A stretch of 64,000 bases of DNA from a virus, in the IMG/VR virus record IMGVR_UViG_3300009529_002382, positions 4,137 to 68,136 of that record, one strand, 5' to 3'. The notes under the pieces are model-generated. The model did not search any database. It worked only from the letters and a program-made list of their open reading frames with translations, and was not told where the DNA came from. This document shows positions 28,572-37,068 of this stretch, in pieces; the stretch's first letter is position 1, and every line of letters starts with the position of its first letter. Position numbers and translations under genes: made by a program.

Positions 28572-28815
28572 TTTCTTCTAACAATGCCTTGTTAATATAG
28601 CCTTTGTCGCATTTAACAACGGCTTTGTATTCTGTACCATGGGAGTATAAACGAAATTCTTTTTTTATCCCTTGTACACTAACTTTGACTTTCCTAATTG
28701 GGTTAGTACAATCATAACATCCACATGAATTACACAAGGGTTCTACTACACCTTTAGGGCTCAATAGGATCTTGTCCATTGAAACAGTAAAGCAATCATA
28801 ATCCATAGTTAGCAT
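28558..28815 (-). CDS. Small Cys-rich hypothetical protein
   Basis: CNSCGCYDC. Confidence 0.55.
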   Translation of the reverse strand: MLTMDYDCFTVSMDKILLSPKGVVEPLCNSCGCYDCTNPIRKVKVSVQGIKKEFRLYSHGTEYKAVVKCDKGYINKALLEENDEE

Positions 28816-29510
28816 TCTTCATAGTCATTGTAATCAGCGTCAGCTTGCCGTTCTATCTTTTCTTTCATCTGTTGTCCATAATCAACACGAACGGGTCTAG
28901 CGACTCTTCCTTCCACATCTCCAACTTTTTCAGCAGCAGCCTTCCTTTCTTCCGCAATATTATGATATTTAGAAACTTCTGTATCTCCAATTGGTTCCAT
29001 CTCTACATCTTCATCTCCCTCGTTTTCAATTATTACTTCACCATCACCAGAAATCATTGTACCCTCATTCGGCACAGGAAGAGAACCACCAGACGACAAA
29101 CTTTGCAGAGGAGGACCGGCAGGAAGAATAACTTTTGTTTCTTCATTCCGAAAAATTTGTTTAACGGGGTTTTGTCCTAATACAGGAACTGGCAGTACGC
29201 CTCCAGGTTCCCCTCTAACCGCACTAACTTGAGTTCCATAGAATGGAGTAGGAACAACCGCCGCTGATGAATCTGATAATTTCAAATATCCCTGACTACG
29301 CAAATAATCTACTGTTTCTACCAACAGTTGTACAGGGAATGACAAAAACTCGACACCGTTGTCGTCTATCTGCCGAACTTCTCCATTAATAGATATGGCT
29401 TTTCCTAGCCCCTCTACGCAATGTAATTTGATAGTAAAATCCTCATTTAGTCCGTCGTCACGATATACAAAATTGACACTGATCGAACTGTCATCAGTTT
29501 TTATTGCCAT
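28809..29510 (-). CDS. Hypothetical protein
   Basis: 233-aa ORF in the operon. Confidence 0.6.
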   Translation of the reverse strand: MAIKTDDSSISVNFVYRDDGLNEDFTIKLHCVEGLGKAISINGEVRQIDDNGVEFLSFPVQLLVETVDYLRSQGYLKLSDSSAAVVPTPFYGTQVSAVRGEPGGVLPVPVLGQNPVKQIFRNEETKVILPAGPPLQSLSSGGSLPVPNEGTMISGDGEVIIENEGDEDVEMEPIGDTEVSKYHNIAEERKAAAEKVGDVEGRVARPVRVDYGQQMKEKIERQADADYNDYEEC

Positions 29511-29724
29511 TTTTTTTCTCCAAGAAACGCCTATTAATGCTTTCTCTAAACTTACCCAAAAATTCTATGTCCTTTCTTTTATTATCGGCAACGAGTGGCA
29601 ATTCAAAATTATCAGTAGGGGGAATATCATACCCACACCGTAAGCACAACTTCCCAAACAGATTGGGACCAATAGTCTTTTTGCCACACCCAGGACAAAT
29701 AATGTAATTAATTTCTTTTGCCAT
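29494..29724 (-). CDS. Small zinc-ribbon protein
   Basis: CPGCG...CLRCG. Confidence 0.6.
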   Translation of the reverse strand: MAKEINYIICPGCGKKTIGPNLFGKLCLRCGYDIPPTDNFELPLVADNKRKDIEFLGKFRESINRRFLEKKNGNKN

Positions 29725-30121
29725 AATTATAATCTAAATAATCGGAATCAACCAAATGGGACTCCCAAAAAGTTTTCCAAAATACTAAATTACCCTTTAC
29801 TAAATCAGTGTGAGGATGAAGAGAAGACCACCCTTTAGATTTAACCCACGTAGATAATCCAGAAATATCAGGGTTGTAAGCCACATCAGAAGAACTGGGC
29901 ATATACTCTACAATATAAACTTTACCATCGCTATAAAAATGCAATAAAAATTGGGCCTCCATCATTTGCCTATGTATAGTTATGGTCATACGCAACCCAG
30001 AACGCAACATCCACGTATCAGCAGGAGTATCTTCTTTCATAATTTGTACGATTTCTTTAAAATTACCTTCTGTTTCTAGTAAAGTATTATCATCAAAATC
30101 TAGTTCATAATCAACTGACAT
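29708..30121 (-). CDS. Hypothetical protein
   Basis: 137-aa ORF in the operon. Confidence 0.6.
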   Translation of the reverse strand: MSVDYELDFDDNTLLETEGNFKEIVQIMKEDTPADTWMLRSGLRMTITIHRQMMEAQFLLHFYSDGKVYIVEYMPSSSDVAYNPDISGLSTWVKSKGWSSLHPHTDLVKGNLVFWKTFWESHLVDSDYLDYNYGKRN

Positions 30122-30158
30122 TATTTTTACTCAACTTTTTTAGATATTTCAATTAATG

Positions 30159-31001
30159 CTACTCCCATAAATTAATTTCTTCTTTTTTCTTACGAGGTTG
30201 TAATCTAGCCGAACGTGGAATATAATCATCTTCAAACAATTTTATTTGTTCGACTCTCCCCTCCGCATACTCACAATACCCTTTATCATTATCTATTCCT
30301 ATATATTGTCGGCATAATGACTTTGCCATATATGGGACAGTTCCACTCCCAGAAAATGGATCTAACACCACATTGTCTCTATAAGAATATAATTTAATAA
30401 CCCTCTTCGCCAATTCTTCTGGGAAAATAGCAGGATGATTACCGAGACGACGGTATCCAGGTTTTATCCGCCAAACGCTGTCTGTATACATTTTGAATTC
30501 TTCAGCAGTTATATCAGATAGTTCTGAATCTCCATCTAATTTCCATTTTTTTTTCGAAAATACTAATATATATTCATGGCTTCTGCGGATACAGGGACAA
30601 GAGCAACTCAACCATGATCCCCAAGACGATTTGTTGCCGGATATATATTCTTTAGACCAAGAAATTTCGTCAAAAAATAACCATCCTATTTCCTTCATAA
30701 TATTGTATATGTCAACATAAATAGGAATTCGATACACTGTATCTGCTATGTTTTTATCCTGGTTTTTAATAGCGTCTATGTTGATTACGAACCTTCCACC
30801 AACAACAGTAATTCTGTATATCTCTTTAAAAATTGTTCTAAGCCATTCGAGATACTCTTCGTGAGGCAAATCGTCATTATAAGAACCGTATTTAATTTTC
30901 GCATTGAAAGGTGGACTCGTAAAAGTCAAATGGACGAATTCTCCCTTAAACTTTTTCAATGCTTTCAAAGAATCAGAGCAAATTATCTTGTTATATTTCA
31001 T
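30159..31001 (-). CDS. Orphan beta-class amino (N4-C/N6-A) DNA methyltransferase
   Basis: FTSPPF (motif IV) precedes HPAIFP and VLDPFSGSGT (motif I). Confidence 0.9.
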   Translation of the reverse strand: MKYNKIICSDSLKALKKFKGEFVHLTFTSPPFNAKIKYGSYNDDLPHEEYLEWLRTIFKEIYRITVVGGRFVINIDAIKNQDKNIADTVYRIPIYVDIYNIMKEIGWLFFDEISWSKEYISGNKSSWGSWLSCSCPCIRRSHEYILVFSKKKWKLDGDSELSDITAEEFKMYTDSVWRIKPGYRRLGNHPAIFPEELAKRVIKLYSYRDNVVLDPFSGSGTVPYMAKSLCRQYIGIDNDKGYCEYAEGRVEQIKLFEDDYIPRSARLQPRKKKEEINLWE

Positions 31002-31426
31002 GTTTTTATAATTAATTCGTCAGATGGACCTTTATTCAAAAACAACTGCCAAAAATCAGCAATCATAATTCTTTTGGTTACATTCACTGTCTCGAAAATG
31101 CCGAATGGGTGAACTCCTATCGCCGATGCCGCTCCGGCCCCACAGCAAATACCTAATACTTCGTCTTCATTCACCCCGAGATATCCGTCTGGTATCTCAT
31201 ATTCTCCCACAACTATATCTCTATAACACACAAAATCCCCAGAAGAAAAACCAGTCATCAACGCAGAATCAGATATAATGTAATGCACCTGCCCAACATC
31301 AGGACATAGTATATTGAAATGAAAAGCAAGCGGGTCTGAATCTGGTTCTTCAGTCTGATTAAAATTTGCTTTGAACAAACTCCAATCTACATCTTGTAAT
31401 TTCCGTATAAAATCTTTTCTAGCCAT
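30998..31426 (-). CDS. Hypothetical protein
   Basis: 142-aa ORF with coupled overlaps. Confidence 0.6.
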   Translation of the reverse strand: MARKDFIRKLQDVDWSLFKANFNQTEEPDSDPLAFHFNILCPDVGQVHYIISDSALMTGFSSGDFVCYRDIVVGEYEIPDGYLGVNEDEVLGICCGAGAASAIGVHPFGIFETVNVTKRIMIADFWQLFLNKGPSDELIIKT

Positions 31427-32030
31427 CGATCTTTCTCCTTTTCTTCATTCGTTCTTTTATCTCTCTAGATTTTTTCACCAACAGTTTCTCTTCTGTCACT
31501 ATTTGATACATTTCTTCTAATGAGAGGTAGTCCTCTCTCCATATAACCTTGTCAATTTGTTTATATACCTGCTCTAAAAAATCAATCGCTTCTTTGCTAA
31601 AGTTCAGCCTTTCAACAAACGCATATCCCAAATCTGCAAACCTTAAAGATAATTCAGATAAATCATCTTTGACTGAACCTTTAACTCTGTTCTCTTCTTC
31701 CCGGATTTTTCTTAGGATTATATCAATTTCCTGCTCATCGGCAATGTATATCCCTTTGCCCAATTCCTGAATAGTTTTGCTGAAAGAGATACCTTCTAAC
31801 TCTTTGTAAAGACTGAGAATATTGCCTCCACAATGACATCCAAAACAGAAAAACGTCTCAGTCCCATCAGGATTATTGTAGACCATAAAAGACGGCTTAG
31901 TCTCTTTGTGGATTGGGCATGGATACTTAGTTTTATTACCAATTATCGCAGATGGCTGTAAACCTTTTCCTGCTAAATATCCAGTAATAGAATGCTTGTT
32001 CAATATCGCATTATACAATCCGTGTTTCAT
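31419..32030 (-). CDS. CHC2 zinc-finger (primase zinc-binding domain) protein with helical C-terminus
   Basis: CPIHKETKPSFMVY...FFCFGCHCGGNI...EGISF. Confidence 0.85.
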   Translation of the reverse strand: MKHGLYNAILNKHSITGYLAGKGLQPSAIIGNKTKYPCPIHKETKPSFMVYNNPDGTETFFCFGCHCGGNILSLYKELEGISFSKTIQELGKGIYIADEQEIDIILRKIREEENRVKGSVKDDLSELSLRFADLGYAFVERLNFSKEAIDFLEQVYKQIDKVIWREDYLSLEEMYQIVTEEKLLVKKSREIKERMKKRRKIDG

Positions 32031-33595
32031 CGGTCATCATCCAAATCATCCAAATCGATGTCATCTACGGTAATATCCATATCTCCGACAGACGATTCGT
32101 CTGCCTCTGATTCTTTGATTTCTTTTTGTACATAATCATCAAAATCCAATTCTTCATCTATGTTGATACTATCTACCTTGGTCATTATATTGTCAATGTT
32201 ATGCTTATCCCAATCATTAGTCATACTGCCAATAAGACTAAATTCCGGTCGCATCTTCAATGATCCTTTCAACTTGCCATTTATCGTTTTGGGTGCGTAT
32301 CTTGCTTTGATTGTCTGAAAAATTAAACGGCTATTAGGCTGTGCTTCATCAATCAATTGAGCATACATATAATCAGCATCAGCCGAATATTCGTGAGAAC
32401 CTCTAACGTCTTCAGAGTTGAAGATAACTTTATCCATACTCTGTTTGCGAATACGCTGCAAAGCAGGTCTGCCAAGTTGGGCACCAGACACAACGGCAAA
32501 TCCCTCTTCATGTACAGCCTTTGGTTTACCCATCGCACGCAGTGATTTCAACATATCACCAATCTGGGACGCTTCATTGCGGTTACGCCCATAGTGAGTT
32601 TCATTCTCTGGAATTAGATTCGCTATATAATCTACAATAACAACACGTGGTTTAAAAACATCTATATGTTTTTCAATTTCTCTGCGGATAACAGACACTG
32701 GGATTCTGTCGTATGTTTCCATAATGTAAAAATGGTTGTTTGACAACTCCTCTAATTCCGCAGTATATTTTTCTATTTTTGCAATTTCTTCTTCTATCAA
32801 TACTTTTGGTGTCTGTAGGCGTATAGAATCAATCAATAATTGTCTAGACAAAAACTTTATAAACATCTGTTTCTTTGGCATCTCTAGAGGAACGAACAAT
32901 ACATTTTGACCTCTTTCCCATATTCCAACACCTACATTAAGCATCATAGTCGATTTATAACTCGATACGTCGCCACAAAACAAAGTTAAAGTCCCAGGTG
33001 CAAAACCAGTAACCATTGTATCGTCTATTTCTTTAATACCACAAGTGATTTTCTCTGGAGAGTCACCATCGATCTCTATCTTCATCTTACTTAAAAATTC
33101 AGTAGAAATCACAGACAAGGGTTCATACGTCGTACCGGCCTTTTCAACACATGAATCAGATGCTAAATCCGATGCCTTTTCTGCCAATTCTCGCACAGCA
33201 GAGACCGCACCCTTTTGAGTTAAATTTTTTCGGAAATCATCGATATAATTAACAGCAGATTCGCTGAGATGACTGTCCAAAATCGTTTTTAATAATACAA
33301 TAAAATTATCACGCTCTTCATCAAGCATACTAATCCGATCATATGTCGCCATATATGCGTTTAGCTCCACATCATTAGACACCCGCTGCTTGACAAAATA
33401 TCTAAATTGTTTTTTTGTCAACAAAGATTTTTTAGAAAATGCTTCCTCTACACCGTAAAGTAACATTTTATGAGCTTTATGGAAATGATTGATTTGTAAA
33501 GAACTACCAAGCCAGTCCCCAACTAGATCCTTGTGTTCTAACACCAAACTAATAAATAGTTCTTCGTCTCTAATTCTTTTATCGATAGTATCCAT
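32027..33595 (-). CDS. DnaB-like replicative helicase
   Basis: ITCGIKEIDD..GFAPGTLTLFCG..KST, VPLEMP, VIVDYI, AQLGR, SHEYSADAD, KARY. Confidence 0.85.
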   Translation of the reverse strand: MDTIDKRIRDEELFISLVLEHKDLVGDWLGSSLQINHFHKAHKMLLYGVEEAFSKKSLLTKKQFRYFVKQRVSNDVELNAYMATYDRISMLDEERDNFIVLLKTILDSHLSESAVNYIDDFRKNLTQKGAVSAVRELAEKASDLASDSCVEKAGTTYEPLSVISTEFLSKMKIEIDGDSPEKITCGIKEIDDTMVTGFAPGTLTLFCGDVSSYKSTMMLNVGVGIWERGQNVLFVPLEMPKKQMFIKFLSRQLLIDSIRLQTPKVLIEEEIAKIEKYTAELEELSNNHFYIMETYDRIPVSVIRREIEKHIDVFKPRVVIVDYIANLIPENETHYGRNRNEASQIGDMLKSLRAMGKPKAVHEEGFAVVSGAQLGRPALQRIRKQSMDKVIFNSEDVRGSHEYSADADYMYAQLIDEAQPNSRLIFQTIKARYAPKTINGKLKGSLKMRPEFSLIGSMTNDWDKHNIDNIMTKVDSINIDEELDFDDYVQKEIKESEADESSVGDMDITVDDIDLDDLDDDR

Positions 33596-33598
33596 ATA

Positions 33599-34387
33599 TT
33601 ATGAACCACAAATAGCTATTTTAAATGTTCTTGTATCCTCGACAATTTTACTAATAGCAGTACCGAATTTCTCTTCCAGTGACAACGTAGGATCAAAAAT
33701 GTCAAACCTGAATACAAAAATAGTAGGCAATTTATCCTGTAACCTCTCTATAAAAAAGGGATTTATTATAGAGGAAATGTAAGCGTCAGAGTTTCTACTC
33801 TGTATGACTCCAATAATATCATCGACAACTAACCAATCAGCAGAACGAGAGCTATTCAATATAGGATCTTCCCTTTTCATATAATATGAGAGAAGTGAGA
33901 ACTCAAGCCAATCATACGTTTGCGTATAATTCCCAAACATTGCCCTATTTCTAATAGCTTCTTGAACGATCAAAGATGCAGCAAATGTTTTACCCTTTTT
34001 ATTGTTGTTATCAGAATATATGACAACATTCCTGCCTTCTTTAAGCCGTCCATTAAGCACTGATTTTTCTCTACGCTCCAGTGGAGACATGGCATTGAAT
34101 CGTTCAATGGGAATATCCCCCCAACAATATTTAATAATTTGCTTTTTCGCAGTAATGGCAACGGATGGATCTAGTAATTGTACATCCTTATTTTTACCCG
34201 TAAAATCATCAATGGTAAGATTATAATAAGGAGATGGCAATACACTACACAAATATGCTTTTATCTCAGCAGCCTGATCGCATTCACACATGTCACCATT
34301 TGGACAATGAGATACATCTTCGACACCACAATTCTTCTTGGCAATCATCTTCATGAATTTCTTTTTTAATGTGCTTATGTCTTTCAT
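33599..34387 (-). CDS. DnaC/IstB-like helicase loader ATPase
   Basis: N-terminal C..C.C, KKGKTFAA, WLVVDDI, ERLQDKLPTIF; adjacent to the helicase. Confidence 0.65.
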   Translation of the reverse strand: MKDISTLKKKFMKMIAKKNCGVEDVSHCPNGDMCECDQAAEIKAYLCSVLPSPYYNLTIDDFTGKNKDVQLLDPSVAITAKKQIIKYCWGDIPIERFNAMSPLERREKSVLNGRLKEGRNVVIYSDNNNKKGKTFAASLIVQEAIRNRAMFGNYTQTYDWLEFSLLSYYMKREDPILNSSRSADWLVVDDIIGVIQSRNSDAYISSIINPFFIERLQDKLPTIFVFRFDIFDPTLSLEEKFGTAISKIVEDTRTFKIAICGS

Positions 34388-35238
34388 CGAGAGTCTCCAC
34401 TATCAGTATCGGTATTTGTATGGATACAATTTTTGGAATTCTGACCTTTCTTTTCATCCAAAATAAATTGAATACTCAAGGTTTTATCCTTTGCGATTGA
34501 TTTCGACATTGCCATTTTAACTTCCCTTAATGTCAATCCATGGGCAGTCTGAACAAGATATTCCTTCTTATTGTCTAATTCCGTTTGTAGGGCATCGGTT
34601 TTGTTAATCAAACTCTTATTCGTTTCTATCTCTTTTGCTTGACACATAACAGAACCAACAAGGTTGTCCAAAATTTCACCGATCTCATAATCGTTAGGAC
34701 AGGGAAAGTCCAACACGGAGAACTCACTCTCTAAAGATGGAGTTAACTGTATTTTAGGACCAGTCACTATAATAGTGTTAGGAGAATGAATCATGGAAAT
34801 TTGCTTCAATCCACGTTCTATCTCTGGTTTATAATCAATAGGATTTAAAAAATAGTAAAAATCTTGAAGAACATATATCTCCCCAGGACATCCCTCCTCT
34901 AGCATCCCCTTTGTTTTCTTACGTAATTCCCTTACCCTGTCATACAATACATTCAATATGCTCAAAGGATTATAAGAAGAAGTAGATAAACCAGAGAAAT
35001 TATCTGGCACCTTATTAGAAACGATATCGGTTAATCCACGAAAACAGTCCCATAGATACACTTTATAACCAAAGCCAGATGACAGATGATTGAAAAAACT
35101 CAACAATCGCTTTTCTTCATTAGTGGTTATATACAGCAACGGGCATCTGGCCCGCAGTGATGCCAGAAACTCGGAACGGAACTGTTCCGTAGCCATATTA
35201 TTGAAACAATCAAGATGATCATGTTGGCTTAATTTCAC
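34384..35238 (-). CDS. Ycf46-like N-terminal domain protein lacking the AAA module
   Basis: LRARCPLLYITTNEEKR, WDCFRGL, YVLQDF, LDFPCP, GLTLRE, ILDEKK, then the ORF ends. Confidence 0.6.
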   Translation of the reverse strand: MKLSQHDHLDCFNNMATEQFRSEFLASLRARCPLLYITTNEEKRLLSFFNHLSSGFGYKVYLWDCFRGLTDIVSNKVPDNFSGLSTSSYNPLSILNVLYDRVRELRKKTKGMLEEGCPGEIYVLQDFYYFLNPIDYKPEIERGLKQISMIHSPNTIIVTGPKIQLTPSLESEFSVLDFPCPNDYEIGEILDNLVGSVMCQAKEIETNKSLINKTDALQTELDNKKEYLVQTAHGLTLREVKMAMSKSIAKDKTLSIQFILDEKKGQNSKNCIHTNTDTDSGDSR

Positions 35239-35753
35239 ACGGAATCCCGTTTTGGATGTAGTGTAGTAGAGATCGTTAATCTTTTCCTACTATGCCCTAT
35301 ATTTGGATTCTTCCATTCACAAATACCATCAAAATCTGTCAATCTATCTTTGAACTTGGACAAAGCATGTTGAACTTTCCCCTTTTCTCTCCCCTCTAAA
35401 ATTAAACTATATATAACCGGCTGTCCTTTAGTAAGAAATTGTTTTACTTGTTTATGTTTAAAAAGTAGATCGTGATCGTCTATATTATAACTTGTTCGCA
35501 TACCCTTTGTGACTAAATTTTTTTTATGTTTAGTCTTCTTCGAACGCTCATAAAGAAACTTCCCATAGTTCACCAGCTTACATGTTGGCACTTTTTTGTC
35601 GGAGACTTGTAATATATCTAGATCCTTATCAGATGCCAACTGCCTAGCCTCTCCAACGGAAATCTCTCCGTAGTTTGTGCCATCTTCTCCGATCAATAAT
35701 ACAGTTGACGCTTTAATTTTGTCATTCATGATTACTTCGTCTTTATTAACCAT
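35235..35753 (-). CDS. infC: Translation initiation factor IF-3
   Basis: MNDKIK...VLLIGEDG...LDILQV...PTCKLVNYGKFLYE, IDDHDL..K....FL.KG, GRE. Confidence 0.85.
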   Translation of the reverse strand: MVNKDEVIMNDKIKASTVLLIGEDGTNYGEISVGEARQLASDKDLDILQVSDKKVPTCKLVNYGKFLYERSKKTKHKKNLVTKGMRTSYNIDDHDLLFKHKQVKQFLTKGQPVIYSLILEGREKGKVQHALSKFKDRLTDFDGICEWKNPNIGHSRKRLTISTTLHPKRDSV

Positions 35754-36645
35754 TTTTTTTCTCTTGCCCTTTTAAAAAAGCGAACTTACTGTCATCTGTG
35801 AATTCTATTTTCATTTGTATCTCCTTGTCAGTTTTTTTACTGACTGCTTGTAAAATAATATTGTAATTTTTAAATCTAAACCATGATGGATACGGTGAAT
35901 GTTTTATTGTGGACTTGATTACGGTTTCCGCTCTACCCTTATTAAATATCTTTAAAAACGCTTTGGCTACATAATTAGCCGCTTTTTTTAAATCATAATC
36001 ACGTTTAATAATCAACCAATTACAGGTCAAAACTATACCGTGATCAGAAACAAAATTCTCGTCACCGAGCAAATAGGAATTATCTAAATCTGTTTCCGCA
36101 CATTTTTTCAGTTTTTGTTCATTTCCCTTCGCATGGTATCGCAATCTATCTTGATAATTGTATCTACTGGAGAATTCCTCTACAGCTTCATTCCCCCTTA
36201 AATGGCTAAGATACAAAACGTTACTCGCTCTTCTTTTGTAGTGATCGGACCAGTTCCTGAAAAAAGAATCTATGTAATCCTTGAACACTAAATTGTCGCA
36301 AAATCCCAAAACATCGTGTACGGCTTCTTTCACCCTACCTAGCTGAACGGCGATATTAGATATACTAGGTAACCAATTACGCCCATATTTCTTGCTATAT
36401 TGTGATAAAATATAGATGGCAAAATCTCTATTATTCCATTCGTCTAAATCAGATTTGATGCCATTCTTTCTTTTAGTTTTGAACTCAACGACTTTTGCCT
36501 TTTCACTTTTGGCTGGCAAAATCTGTGATTTATCAGCTTGGTATGAATGTTCTTTTATGAGATCTGTCGAACTCTTTTTGTCGGAGATTGATTGAATTAA
36601 TATGTCTTTTACTTTTTTTTCGTTGTCTGTCATTATCTTTGGCAT
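35746..36645 (-). CDS. Hypothetical protein in the replication cluster
   Basis: 299-aa ORF. Confidence 0.6.
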   Translation of the reverse strand: MPKIMTDNEKKVKDILIQSISDKKSSTDLIKEHSYQADKSQILPAKSEKAKVVEFKTKRKNGIKSDLDEWNNRDFAIYILSQYSKKYGRNWLPSISNIAVQLGRVKEAVHDVLGFCDNLVFKDYIDSFFRNWSDHYKRRASNVLYLSHLRGNEAVEEFSSRYNYQDRLRYHAKGNEQKLKKCAETDLDNSYLLGDENFVSDHGIVLTCNWLIIKRDYDLKKAANYVAKAFLKIFNKGRAETVIKSTIKHSPYPSWFRFKNYNIILQAVSKKTDKEIQMKIEFTDDSKFAFLKGQEKKNG

Positions 36646-37061
36646 GTTGTTAAGACGATGACCATCATAATATGAGGATTGTTGTCTATCAATTCGATGA
36701 CCACGTTTTGCATTTTATCAAGATCGTCACATATATGGATTTTCCCACCGGGCACCCACATCCGTATTGGGAAACCACCTTTGTCTTTTTTTGTAACAGA
36801 AAATTGAAATTGGATTATGTCCATGTATGGTTCAGTCCATTGTCCTACTTTTTTGGGCAACAATAATCTCAACGCTCCAACAGGAGTAGAACTTCGACCT
36901 GCATCATAGTGAAATATGAAAGTCGCTTTTGGGTTATCGACTCTAAGTTCTAATCTTTTTTTGACTGTTTCTAGACAATTAAGCAGTTCAGACATTATAG
37001 AAGGCTTTTCAAAAACGCCCTTCAATGCTTCATCTAATTTTTTCTCAAAATCATCCATCAT
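36633..37061 (-). CDS. Hypothetical protein
   Basis: 142-aa ORF with AGGAG RBS. Confidence 0.6.
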   Translation of the reverse strand: MMDDFEKKLDEALKGVFEKPSIMSELLNCLETVKKRLELRVDNPKATFIFHYDAGRSSTPVGALRLLLPKKVGQWTEPYMDIIQFQFSVTKKDKGGFPIRMWVPGGKIHICDDLDKMQNVVIELIDNNPHIMMVIVLTTCQR

Positions 37062-37068
37062 ATAACTC

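Noticed and set aside
35235-35753. SKFKDRL in IF-3 as another tag copy
   Set aside because: Only KDRL matches. The DF..KI part is absent and the segment lies within the conserved IF-3 fold.
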